Below, in pieces: positions 8,969 to 18,275 of a stretch of 64,000 bases of DNA. The translations under genes were made by a program, and so were the position numbers. Positions within the stretch are counted from its first letter, which is position 1; every line of letters begins with the position of its first letter. The stretch comes from an uncultured Bacteroidia bacterium (lineage in GTDB: Bacteria; Bacteroidota; Bacteroidia; JAIBAJ01), in NCBI GenBank assembly GCA_965284645.1, contig OZ260106.1:2815747-2879746 (forward strand), read 5' to 3'. The notes under the pieces are model-generated. The model had not been told where the DNA came from. It was given only the letters and a program-made list of their open reading frames with translations, and made no database searches.

Positions 8969-9998
8969 TTTTTACCAAATAGATAAGGCCGAAAAAGCAG
9001 CCATCTTTACAGAGATTGCTACCCAAAAGGGAATGAATCCTTTTGCAGTAGAGAAAGACTGGTGGGTAAGCCGAACCTTAGAAATTATCTTTCAAATGCC
9101 CATTGCAGAGCATTTAGTTTTTAAAGGCGGTACATCATTAAGTAAGGCGTGGAAACTCATCAATCGATTTTCAGAAGATATTGATTTAGCTATTGATAAG
9201 GAGTATTTTGGATTTAAGGGAGAGTTAGGAAAGAATCAAAGAGATAAACTCAGAAAAACAGCAGGTGCTTATACTACCGGAACTTTCTTTGAAGAGTTAA
9301 AGAAGAGCTTTGAAGGGAAAGGATTTAAGGATTTAAAATTTGTAGTGATTGAAGCCAAAGACAGCGACCAAGATCCAAGAGTATTAGAGATTTACTATCC
9401 CAACATCATCAAAGCGAAATCAGAATATCTCTTACCAAGAGTGCAGATTGAAGTTAGTTGCCGTTCTTTAAGAGAACCCTTTACTGCAAAGTCTTTTGGG
9501 GCATTGGTAGATGAATTTTATCCTGATAAAAATTTTGCTGAAAAGCTATTTGAAGTTCCAACCGTAAATGCAGAGCGTACATTTTTGGAAAAAATATTCT
9601 TGTTACATGAAGAATTTCAGCGTCCGATTGAAAAAATGCGAGTAGACAGATTAAGCCGCCATTTGTACGATGTTTATCAATTGGCAAAAGCAGGAATTGC
9701 TGAAAAAGCAATCAACGATAAAGAACTTTACGAAACCATTGTAGCACATAGATACAAATTTTCAAGAGTTGGCGAAGTGGATTATAACAAACATAACCCT
9801 AAAACAATAAATCCTATTCCCAAAGAAATAGTAATTGCAGATTGGGAAGAAGATTACACCAAAATGAAAGAAGCTATGATATACGGTGAGAACAAGCCAA
9901 GTTTTAAGGATTTGATAATCAATTTAATGGAATTAATTGAACAACTGCAAGTCGTTGAATGGCCTTTTCAACTTGAATTTCCTATTCCTAATTCTTAA
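8955..9998 (+). CDS. AbiEii/AbiGii-family nucleotidyltransferase toxin (DUF1814)
   Basis: Diagnostic motifs EKDWWVSRTLE ... LVFKGGTSLSKAWKLINRFSEDIDLAID (GS-x10-DxD nucleotidyltransferase). 14-bp overlap with the upstream antitoxin gene. Confidence 0.85.
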   Translation: MAKIDFYQIDKAEKAAIFTEIATQKGMNPFAVEKDWWVSRTLEIIFQMPIAEHLVFKGGTSLSKAWKLINRFSEDIDLAIDKEYFGFKGELGKNQRDKLRKTAGAYTTGTFFEELKKSFEGKGFKDLKFVVIEAKDSDQDPRVLEIYYPNIIKAKSEYLLPRVQIEVSCRSLREPFTAKSFGALVDEFYPDKNFAEKLFEVPTVNAERTFLEKIFLLHEEFQRPIEKMRVDRLSRHLYDVYQLAKAGIAEKAINDKELYETIVAHRYKFSRVGEVDYNKHNPKTINPIPKEIVIADWEEDYTKMKEAMIYGENKPSFKDLIINLMELIEQLQVVEWPFQLEFPIPNS

Positions 9999-10086
9999 TT
10001 GAAAATTCGAAATTGACTATGACAGATAACAGGATAATACAAGATTAGACCGTTGTGAAAGCTAAAAATGGAGATTTATGATTTTT

Positions 10087-10428
10087 TTAACCCTGATTGC
10101 GCATTAGCATTTCATAAACGAATAATCAGTTGTAAATCAACTTGTTTATCCAAATTGATAACCACAATTATCCCGAAATTTCTTCGAGAGGGAAAAACCC
10201 ACTAAAACAAGTAGTTTGAATTAATAATCCTCCAATGGATTAATTTTGGTTAAAGCACCCCGGGCAACGATAGGAACGGAAAGCCCACAGGCCAGACGTA
10301 GCGCTAGCGAAGACTGGCCGAGGACTTGCAGTGGATAGCGTGGCCCTACCGCCCATGCAGCAAACTAAAGTTCCAGGTAGACTGCGGTATTGGCGGTAGG
10401 GAGCCCGCCTAAAAAGAAAAAATGAGAA
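10087..10428. repeat. Mosaic repeat locus 2: module A (plus, 10087-10255) + module B (plus, 10256-10428)
   Basis: A: TTAACCCTGATTGCGCATTAGCATTTCATAAACG...TTAATTTTGGTTAAAG. B: CCCGGGCAACGATAGGAACGGAAAGCCCACAGG-[GGCCAGACGTAGCGCTAGCGAAGACTGGCC hairpin]-GAGGACTTGCAGTGGATAGCGTGGCCC...GGCGGTAGGGAGCCCGCC-A-rich tail. Confidence 0.85.
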
Positions 10429-10468
10429 AGTTTTTAAAGCTTATTTAGGTGCTAGGGCAAGAGTTGGA

Positions 10469-11146
10469 TTAATCCTCCAATAAATCAGGTCGCCTAGTTT
10501 TGGTGCGCTCCAAGGACTGTTCGTGCCGCCATTCGTCAATCTTTTTTTGGTGCCCACTGAGCAATACATCGGGTACTTTCATGCCTTCGAAATCGGCTGG
10601 ACGGGTGTAAACGGGAGGGGCCAACAAATTATCCTGAAATGAATCGCTTAGGGCCGAGGTTTCGTCGCCAATGGAGCCAGGTATGAGCCTTATGATGCTG
10701 TCGCACAACACGGCAGCTGCCAATTCGCCTCCGCTTAAAACGTAGTCGCCAATGGAAATCTCTAGTGTAACGTATTTCTCCCTGATTCGCTGGTCGATGC
10801 CTTTGTAATGCCCACAAATAAAGAGCAGGTTGCTTAAGGTGGAAAGTCGGTTGGCCACAGCCTGGTTGTGTGTAATGCCGTCGGGGGTAAGGAAAATGAT
10901 TTCGTCGTAGCTTCTTTGCTTTTTCAATGCCTCAATGCAATTGGACAAAGGAAGGGGCATCAAAACCATACCAGCTCCGCCACCAAAAGGATAATCGTCG
11001 ACCTGGCGGTGTTTGTAAGGAGTGTAGTCGCGGAGCTGGTGCACCTGAATTTCCACTATGCCTTTTTCGCGCGCACGTTTAACAATACTGTGCCCAAAAG
11101 GACTTTCCAGTAGTTCGGGTAAAACCGTAATTATATCGATTCTCAT
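10469..11146 (-). CDS. trmD: tRNA (guanine37-N1)-methyltransferase
   Basis: [11 protein letters not shown]...; SPOUT-fold TrmD motifs ([31 protein letters not shown]). Confidence 0.9.
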   Translation of the reverse strand: MRIDIITVLPELLESPFGHSIVKRAREKGIVEIQVHQLRDYTPYKHRQVDDYPFGGGAGMVLMPLPLSNCIEALKKQRSYDEIIFLTPDGITHNQAVANRLSTLSNLLFICGHYKGIDQRIREKYVTLEISIGDYVLSGGELAAAVLCDSIIRLIPGSIGDETSALSDSFQDNLLAPPVYTRPADFEGMKVPDVLLSGHQKKIDEWRHEQSLERTKTRRPDLLED

Positions 11147-11162
11147 TCCTTTGGGGGAGGAA

Positions 11163-12191
11163 CTAAGCTACGGTCCAGGTGTTTTTTCCACGCAATAAGG
11201 CATCCAAATCGCCTTCGCCTTTGGCCTTTGCTTCTTCCAACTGCTGTTCCATGGCCTCTTCGTAAGTAAAGCGATTTTCGGTATAAAACACACCAAACGG
11301 ACGAGGTAAATGGCCTTCGGTAGCCGGATTATCGAAGAAACGGGTTAAAATTGAAGCCTTTACTCGGTCGGTTTCGTCGTGAATCCATAAATCGTTCAAG
11401 GAATTTCCTTCCAGTTCAACGATAACAGGTTTAAAACCATCCAATTTGATTCCTTTGTTTTTATTGGCCCCGAAAACCAAGGGTTGTCCATGCTCTACAA
11501 ACAAGGTTTCTTCAGCTTTTGATGATTTTTCGGTAAATACTTCAAAGGCTCCGTCGTTGAACACATTGCAGTTTTGGTAAATCTCCAACATAGAAGTGCC
11601 TTTGTGCTGGTGGGCACGCTTTAACATGGTACGCAAATGGATGGGATCGCGATCCATGCTGCGGGCCACAAAAGTAGCATCAGCTCCCATGCACAAGGCC
11701 AAAGGGTTAAAGGGATGATCGATGGCGCCCATCGGAGAAGATTTGGTGATTTTTCCTTTTTCGGAAGTAGGGGAGTATTGTCCTTTTGTTAACCCGTAAA
11801 TTTGGTTATTGAACAAAAGCACATTCACATCGAAGTTGCGGCGAAGCATGTGGATAAGGTGGTTGCCACCAATGGAAAGTGCATCACCATCGCCGGTTAC
11901 AAGCCACACACTGAGGTCGGGACGAGCCCCTTTCAAACCGCTTGCAATGGCCGTGGCTCTTCCGTGAATACTGTGCATACCAAAAGTTTCCATGTAATAG
12001 GGGAAACGGCTTGAGCATCCGATACCTGAAACGAAGACCAATTTTTCTTTAGGAATTCCCAGTTCAGGAATTACTGTTTGAACTTGTTTGAGGATAGAAT
12101 AATCGCCGCAGCCCGGGCACCAACGCACATCTTGGTCGGTAACCAGTTCTTTGGAGGTATAGGCTATAGGGTTGTTTGTAGTTTCAGACAT
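11163..12191 (-). CDS. korB: 2-oxoglutarate/2-oxoacid:ferredoxin oxidoreductase beta subunit (TPP-binding)
   Basis: WCPGCGDY Cys motif. TPP-binding GDGD...N region. Adjacent to the alpha subunit gene. Confidence 0.85.
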   Translation of the reverse strand: MSETTNNPIAYTSKELVTDQDVRWCPGCGDYSILKQVQTVIPELGIPKEKLVFVSGIGCSSRFPYYMETFGMHSIHGRATAIASGLKGARPDLSVWLVTGDGDALSIGGNHLIHMLRRNFDVNVLLFNNQIYGLTKGQYSPTSEKGKITKSSPMGAIDHPFNPLALCMGADATFVARSMDRDPIHLRTMLKRAHQHKGTSMLEIYQNCNVFNDGAFEVFTEKSSKAEETLFVEHGQPLVFGANKNKGIKLDGFKPVIVELEGNSLNDLWIHDETDRVKASILTRFFDNPATEGHLPRPFGVFYTENRFTYEEAMEQQLEEAKAKGEGDLDALLRGKNTWTVA

Positions 12192-12202
12192 AGTAAATAC
12201 GT

Positions 12203-14056
12203 TTAGTTGGCCAATACTTCGTCAATTTTTTCCTTGATTTCTTTGGTCGTAAAAGGAATACCTTTGATTTTGTTGAAACCTTCGGCAGGTACGAGGTATT
12301 TATCACGAATGATGCGCACCAATTGACCGTTGTTCATTTCTGGCACGATGATTTTATCGAAATTCTTCAAAATTTCTCCTAAGTTTTTAGGCAAAGGATT
12401 AAGGTATTTGATATGGATATGGGAAACTGAAAGACCTTCGTTCAGGGCTTGTTTTACAGCAGCGGTGATGGAACCATAGGTGCTTCCCCAACCAATGATC
12501 AACAATTTGCCTTTTTCAGGTCCGTTGTCGATGCTTTGCAAAGGCACGTAATCGGCTATTTTATCCACTTTGGCCTGGCGCATTTTCACCATAAATTCGT
12601 GGTTAGCCGGGTCGTAGCTGATATTACCAGTTTCATGTTCCTTTTCGAGTCCGCCGATGCGGTGTTCCAAACCTTTGGTGCCCGGAATAGCCCACTCGCG
12701 GCCTAATTTCTCGTTGCGTTTGTAAGGAAGAAACTTACCATCGGCTGTTTTTGAATCGATGGTGGCAAAAACAGGTTTAATTTTTGGTAAATCTGCTGCC
12801 TTCGGGAATTTCCATGGCTCGGCACCATTGGCAATATATCCATCGGAAAGGAAGAAAACAGGTAACATGTGCTCCACAGCAATTCGAGCTGCTTCGATAA
12901 TGGTATCGAAACAATCGGAAGGTGATTTGGCTGCGATTACTGCCACGGGTGATTCCCCGTTACGACCATAAATGGCTTGCATTAAATCCGCTTGTTCCGT
13001 TTTAGTGGGCAATCCGGTGGAAGGTCCACCCCGTTGCACATTGATCAAAAGCAAGGGTAATTCCAACATCAAGGCCAAACCAATGGCTTCACCTTTAAGG
13101 GCAATACCTGGTCCGGAAGAAGATGTAACCCCCAAGGTTCCGCCGAAACTAGCTCCGATGGCTGAGGCTACGGCAGCAATTTCGTCCTCGGCTTGGAAGG
13201 TTTTGATATTGAAGTTTTTGTACTTAGATAGTTCGTGTAAAATGTCGGAAGCAGGTGTAATAGGGTAGGTGCCAAAAAACAGTTGCAAACCCGATAGTTT
13301 CGAGGCTGCAATCAAACCGAGTGCGGTTGCCTGGTTACCCATAATGTTGCGGTATTCCCCAGGTTCCATGGTAGCCTTCTCCACTTGGTAGCGTGTCATA
13401 AAGGTTTCGCTGGTTTCACCGAAGTGGTATCCTGCTTTCAACACTTTGGTATTGGCCTCAACAATTTCAGGTTTTTTCTTGAACTGTTCTTTTACATAGT
13501 TGATACTGTAATCTAGCGGGCGGTTGTACATCCACAAAATAAATCCGAGGACGAACATGTTCTTGGTTCGGTCAATTTCCTTGGTACCCAAACCGCTATC
13601 TGCCAAGGCAGCCTTGGTCATTTTGGTAATATCCAGCTTAAAAACCTTGTAGTTATCTAAGGAACCATCGTCCAAAGGAGTAGCACCATCAGGGTATTTC
13701 GCTAATTTAAGGTTTTTGGGGTCGAAACCATCGATGTTTGCGATGATTATTCCACCTTTTTTAAGTTGTTTTAAGTTGGCCTTTAAAGCTGCGGCATTCA
13801 TCACTACCAATACATCGCAATCGTCGCCTGGTGTGTAAATTTCTTCACTCCCGAAATGAAGCTGGAAGCCCGAAACACCAGCTAATGTTCCTTGCGGGGC
13901 ACGTATTTCGGCAGGGAAATTTGGGAAAGTACTTAAATCGTTGCCAAAAAGGGCATTTGTATTGGTAAACTGGGTTCCTGTTAATTGAATTCCATCTCCA
14001 CTATCACCGGCAAAAAGTATGGTGACATCCTTCTTAATTTCTGTTGTTTTGTTCAT
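12203..14056 (-). CDS. korA: 2-oxoglutarate/2-oxoacid:ferredoxin oxidoreductase alpha subunit
   Basis: 617 aa. Pyruvate-flavodoxin/ferredoxin oxidoreductase domains I/II. Directly upstream of korB. Confidence 0.85.
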   Translation of the reverse strand: MNKTTEIKKDVTILFAGDSGDGIQLTGTQFTNTNALFGNDLSTFPNFPAEIRAPQGTLAGVSGFQLHFGSEEIYTPGDDCDVLVVMNAAALKANLKQLKKGGIIIANIDGFDPKNLKLAKYPDGATPLDDGSLDNYKVFKLDITKMTKAALADSGLGTKEIDRTKNMFVLGFILWMYNRPLDYSINYVKEQFKKKPEIVEANTKVLKAGYHFGETSETFMTRYQVEKATMEPGEYRNIMGNQATALGLIAASKLSGLQLFFGTYPITPASDILHELSKYKNFNIKTFQAEDEIAAVASAIGASFGGTLGVTSSSGPGIALKGEAIGLALMLELPLLLINVQRGGPSTGLPTKTEQADLMQAIYGRNGESPVAVIAAKSPSDCFDTIIEAARIAVEHMLPVFFLSDGYIANGAEPWKFPKAADLPKIKPVFATIDSKTADGKFLPYKRNEKLGREWAIPGTKGLEHRIGGLEKEHETGNISYDPANHEFMVKMRQAKVDKIADYVPLQSIDNGPEKGKLLIIGWGSTYGSITAAVKQALNEGLSVSHIHIKYLNPLPKNLGEILKNFDKIIVPEMNNGQLVRIIRDKYLVPAEGFNKIKGIPFTTKEIKEKIDEVLAN

Positions 14057-14067
14057 TTAGATAATAC

Positions 14068-14319
14068 TTAAATAGCAAAAAGATCTTCGGTGGCCGCTTC
14101 AACCGCTGTGATTTCAGGGGCTGCTTTTTTAATAGCTTCCTCTACACCGGCTTTCATAGTCATATGCCGCATACTGCAAGAGGAGCAGGCACCCAATAAT
14201 TTGACTCTAACCACCTTTTCTGGGGTAATTTCCAAAAGTTCAATATCCCCACCGTCGTTTTGCAAGAAAGGACGCAAGGAATCCAGTGCTGACAAAACTC
14301 GGTTTTCTAATTCATTCAT
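14068..14319 (-). CDS. NifU-like (Nfu) Fe-S cluster scaffold domain protein
   Basis: 83 aa with LGACSSCSMRHMTMKAGVEEAI, the conserved CxxC of NifU C-terminal domains. First gene of the apparent nfu-korA-korB operon. Confidence 0.75.
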   Translation of the reverse strand: MNELENRVLSALDSLRPFLQNDGGDIELLEITPEKVVRVKLLGACSSCSMRHMTMKAGVEEAIKKAAPEITAVEAATEDLFAI

Positions 14320-14442
14320 TATGAGTGGTATATTTCTTTTTGGACTTTAATCCTTGATGCTTGCAAATATGAGTAATAAAGGCTTAGGTATTTATGTAAA
14401 TTATCATGTTTTCCTTAGCCTTTAGCAGATTTTTTTCAATTC

Positions 14443-15696
14443 TCAGATATTCCCTTCGCCGACAAGTAAAACTGGATTTTCAAGGTACTTTTTGAGTGTT
14501 TGTAAAAAGGATGCTCCACTGGCACCGTCTACCACCCGATGGTCGCAGCTTAAGGTCACTTTCATCACATGTCCGGGCACAACTTGTCCGTTTTTCACCA
14601 CTGGCACATCACTTATGCCACCCACTGCCAATATACAAGCATCGGGCGGATTGATGATGGCTGTGAATTCTTCAATTCCAAACATGCCTAAATTACTTAT
14701 GGTAAAGGTGTTTCCTTGCCAATCAGCAGGTTGTAGTTTCTTCTCCTTGGCTCGTTTTCCGAGGTCTTTCACCTCCGCTGCAATTTCGGAAAGTGGTTTT
14801 GAATCGGCAAACCGGATTACAGGCACCAAAAGTCCATCTTCAACGGCTACAGCCACACCAATATGTGTATGTTCGTTGTAACGGATTTTATCGCCTAACC
14901 ATGCCGAATTTACAGCAGGATGTTTTTTGAGGCTTAAAGCTGAAGCTTTGATTACCAAATCGTTGAAGGAGATTTTAACGGGGCTCACTTCATTTATAGC
15001 GGTTCGAGCCTGCATTGCGGCCTCCATATCAATTGAAACCGTTAAGTAAAAGTGAGGCGCACTGAATTTGCTTTCGGCTAAGCGTTTTGCAATGGTTTTA
15101 CGCATTTGCGAAACAGAAACTTCCGTAAAGCGTTCCTCCCTAACGATACTGCGAGATCCGCCTTGGTAATTTTCAATATCGCGTTTGATTACCCTTCCAC
15201 CATCTCCACTGCCTTTAATTTTATTAACATCCACTCCTTTTTCCTGGGCTAATAATTTAGCCAAAGGCGATGCTTTTAAGCGGTCGTTTGTAGCTGATGA
15301 AACCGGAATCGTTTCGGTTTTCGCAACTGGTGCAGGACTGGTGGCAACCGGAGTTGGAGCAGGGGGGGCGGCAACTTCCTTAGCTGGGGCTGGAGTACTT
15401 TCAACAATTGGGGTCACTTTGGTAGTCTCAGCTGCTAACAGAGCCGTAATATCCTCACCAGCTTTTCCTAAAACCGCCAAAATACTATCAACCGGCGCCG
15501 CTTTTCCTTCCTGCACACCAATATGAAGCAGAACACCATCTTGAAAGGATTCAAATTCCATGGTTGCTTTATCGGTTTCGATATCAGCCAACAACTCCCC
15601 TGATTTGACGGGGTCGCCTACTTTTTTATGCCACTTGGCTACCACACCTTCGGTCATGGTGTCGCTCAATTTGGGCATCTTAACTGTCTCTGCCAT
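14443..15696 (-). CDS. Dihydrolipoamide acyltransferase (E2) of a 2-oxoacid (pyruvate) dehydrogenase complex
   Basis: N-terminal lipoyl domain (IETDKATMEFESF). Ala/Pro-rich linker. C-terminal catalytic domain with DHRVVDGA. Confidence 0.85.
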   Translation of the reverse strand: MAETVKMPKLSDTMTEGVVAKWHKKVGDPVKSGELLADIETDKATMEFESFQDGVLLHIGVQEGKAAPVDSILAVLGKAGEDITALLAAETTKVTPIVESTPAPAKEVAAPPAPTPVATSPAPVAKTETIPVSSATNDRLKASPLAKLLAQEKGVDVNKIKGSGDGGRVIKRDIENYQGGSRSIVREERFTEVSVSQMRKTIAKRLAESKFSAPHFYLTVSIDMEAAMQARTAINEVSPVKISFNDLVIKASALSLKKHPAVNSAWLGDKIRYNEHTHIGVAVAVEDGLLVPVIRFADSKPLSEIAAEVKDLGKRAKEKKLQPADWQGNTFTISNLGMFGIEEFTAIINPPDACILAVGGISDVPVVKNGQVVPGHVMKVTLSCDHRVVDGASGASFLQTLKKYLENPVLLVGEGNI

Positions 15697-15716
15697 AATT
15701 ATTTATATTGTTTTAC

Positions 15717-16712
15717 TTAATCTTTTAAATAAGGGTAATCGTTTTCGGCATACACATCCACATAGAGTTCACTTGCATCGGGGTAAGGTGATTCTTCTGC
15801 GAATTTTACCGAATCTTCCACTATTTCATTCACCCTTTTTTGAATGTTTTCTAAATCTTGATCGCTTGCCCATTTATTCTCTAGAATGGTGTTAAGCACT
15901 TTCTGAATTGGGTCTTGGGCTTTGTAATTCTCAACTTCCTCCTTGGTGCGGTATTTAGCAGGATCGCTCATGCTATGGCCACGGTAGCGATAGGTTTTCA
16001 TTTCGAGTAGGGTAGGACCTCCTCCTTTTCTGGCTCTTCCTACGGCTTCTTCTATAGCTTGGTGCACCGCTTCAACAGTCATACCATCAACGGCAAAAGA
16101 GGGCATTTCATAGGCATGTCCCAGCTTATATAAATCGGTGATGTTGGACGTTCTTTCTACGGAGGTACCCATGGCGTAGTTGTTATTTTCGATGATAAAA
16201 ATAACTGGTAGTTTCCAAGTCATAGCCATGTTAAGAGCTTCATGGAAGGCTCCTTGCCTAACCGCGCCATCACCCATGTAGCAAAGCGTTACATTGTCGG
16301 TTCCATTGTAATAATCCACAAAAGCAATTCCAGCCCCTAGTGGAATTTGTCCACCAACAATACCATGTCCACCAAAGAAGCGATGTTCTTTCGAAAACAT
16401 ATGCATACTGCCACCTTTTCCTTTGGAGCAACCGGTAATTTTTCCGAATAATTCAGCCATAACAGCTCGGGGAGTTACACCCTTAGCAATAGGATGCACA
16501 TGGTCGCGGTAGGCGGTTATCATGTTGTCGCTCGGACGAAGCACGCTGGAAGCTCCGGCTACCAAGGCCTCTTGACCGATATACAAATGGCAGAAACCTC
16601 GAATCTTTTGTTGAATATAAAGTTGACCTGCTTTCTCTTCAAACTTGCGGTAGAGTAACATTTCCTCATACCATTTCAAGTATTGTTCCTTGTTGAACGT
16701 CGTTTTTTCCAT
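15717..16712 (-). CDS. pdhA: Pyruvate dehydrogenase E1 component alpha subunit (TPP-dependent)
   Basis: E1-alpha family motifs (YRGHSMSDP, GDGAVRQGAFHEALNMA). The likely start is the internal Met MEKTTFNKEQ at 16712 rather than the longer track ORF ending at 16781. Confidence 0.8.
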   Translation of the reverse strand: MEKTTFNKEQYLKWYEEMLLYRKFEEKAGQLYIQQKIRGFCHLYIGQEALVAGASSVLRPSDNMITAYRDHVHPIAKGVTPRAVMAELFGKITGCSKGKGGSMHMFSKEHRFFGGHGIVGGQIPLGAGIAFVDYYNGTDNVTLCYMGDGAVRQGAFHEALNMAMTWKLPVIFIIENNNYAMGTSVERTSNITDLYKLGHAYEMPSFAVDGMTVEAVHQAIEEAVGRARKGGGPTLLEMKTYRYRGHSMSDPAKYRTKEEVENYKAQDPIQKVLNTILENKWASDQDLENIQKRVNEIVEDSVKFAEESPYPDASELYVDVYAENDYPYLKD

Positions 16713-16929
16713 AAAATAGAATTCAAGAGCAAAAGTAGGGTAAATGCCAATAGGAGAATCTGGTTTGAAAAGTACAATCAACCGAGTGATGTGAAAAAGC
16801 AGAGAATGACCTACAGCAATAAGGCTTATGGAATGATGTTAATTTCATTTAAACTTCAAAAATGGAAGGTATTCCAATATGTATACTTTTGCGAAAAGCT
16901 AAATTCCTTTAACGTAAAATCTTACTCCT

Positions 16930-17433
16930 ATGGCTTGTTTTAAAGTAAATAGAAAACTCCACTTGATTTTTTTGTTGATTCTAACTTTTCAATTTCAAGG
17001 AAATGCTCAAACTTTATTGAAGAACTTTGATGAATTGATGAATGCTCTAAAGGCTGGGAAATCGGTTAAGACAGTTATTTATTATGAAAAATGCAAGCTA
17101 TTTTCGGATGGGATAGAAAAGCCCGAATCGCCTAATGCCATTGGCGGTATGCGCTTAGATACGTATGAGTATTTTGATTCGAGTGTATTCAAGAATAAAG
17201 TGCCTTCCTTTGTTACAAGTTCTCAAACGGTTTTAATTAACCATTCCTATTATGGTTACGTTTACAATTATGTGAAAGTGAAAGTGCGTATTGATCAAAC
17301 CGTTGAAATTACAGCTCGATACCTGAAACCTAGAAAATTTTCTTCCAAATTCAAAGTAGTCATGGATGAGGTTTTTAAAGGAAAAATATATGATGGAACC
17401 AACGATGCAGGGGTTTGGTTTTATGCCGAATAG
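16930..17433 (+). CDS. Hypothetical secreted protein
   Basis: Signal peptide ending ...FQGNAQ. No family recognised. Confidence 0.45.
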   Translation: MACFKVNRKLHLIFLLILTFQFQGNAQTLLKNFDELMNALKAGKSVKTVIYYEKCKLFSDGIEKPESPNAIGGMRLDTYEYFDSSVFKNKVPSFVTSSQTVLINHSYYGYVYNYVKVKVRIDQTVEITARYLKPRKFSSKFKVVMDEVFKGKIYDGTNDAGVWFYAE

Positions 17434-17528
17434 ATGGAAAGTTTGTCGAGTAGGAATTACTTAAAAATCGGTTTGTTCATCCAATGTTAAGCCTTTGCGT
17501 TGTTTTTCTTTTTTTTAAGGATTTGTCT

Positions 17529-18269
17529 ATGAAAAAATTAGGATTAGTTTTGGTTTTAGCTGTTTTTCAGTCAGTTGCAGGGATAGCCCAGGTTGTGCCA
17601 GCGGGACGGTTGTTGTACGAGAACAGCTTGAAGGCCAAGGCGGATACTCTGGGATGGAAACTGGAAGGCAAGGCCGAAGTTGAATTTTTAAACGATTGGA
17701 TGCATGTGTATTCGCCAAATCAGGCCCAACATCATGTGTTTTGGTGTCCGGTTTCGTTTCCTAGTGATTTTATAGCTGAATGGGACGTACAAAACCAAGA
17801 TCCAAAAGCAGGTTTATGTATTGTATTCTTTGCAGCCGAAGGGGAAAAAGAAGCCGATATCTTTTCGCCAAAACTCAAAACTCGAACCGGTGTTTTTAAG
17901 CAATATACCAAGGGCGATATCAACAACTACCACATTTCTTATTATGCCAATAATCCGAACGAAAAAGGCCGGACCAATGCCAATTTGCGGAAAAACAGCG
18001 GGTTCAAAAAGGTACAATCCTTAACCGAAGGAATACCTAAAAATGACACCTTGGTGCACCGTTGCCAATTGGTTAAGCGCAAAGGACGAATTTTATTTTA
18101 TGTAGATACCAAAAAAGTAATCGATTGGCAAGATGGCCAAGCTTGGGGTGGAGGACGAATAGGGTTTAGGCAAATGAAATGGACCCATTTTGCGTATCGA
18201 AACTTTAAGGTTTGGGAAGCCGGAGAAGTGGTGATTCCAGAAATACCGGTAGGCGCGAGGAAAAACTAA
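17529..18269 (+). CDS. Hypothetical secreted protein (possible concanavalin/LamG-like jelly-roll, DUF1080/DUF1961-like)
   Basis: Signal peptide MKKLGLVLVLAVFQSVAGIAQ (internal Met start preferred over 17484). The C-terminal GGRIGFRQ...FAYRNFKVWE pattern resembles laminin-G-like hydrolase folds. Weak. Confidence 0.4.
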   Translation: MKKLGLVLVLAVFQSVAGIAQVVPAGRLLYENSLKAKADTLGWKLEGKAEVEFLNDWMHVYSPNQAQHHVFWCPVSFPSDFIAEWDVQNQDPKAGLCIVFFAAEGEKEADIFSPKLKTRTGVFKQYTKGDINNYHISYYANNPNEKGRTNANLRKNSGFKKVQSLTEGIPKNDTLVHRCQLVKRKGRILFYVDTKKVIDWQDGQAWGGGRIGFRQMKWTHFAYRNFKVWEAGEVVIPEIPVGARKN

Positions 18270-18275
18270 ATCAAA

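Noticed and set aside
14443-16712. Apparent absence of a pyruvate dehydrogenase E1-beta gene between pdhA and the E2 gene
   Set aside because: An E1-alpha/E2 pair with the E1-beta gene encoded elsewhere is a common arrangement in Bacteroidetes, so this is not evidence of gene loss.
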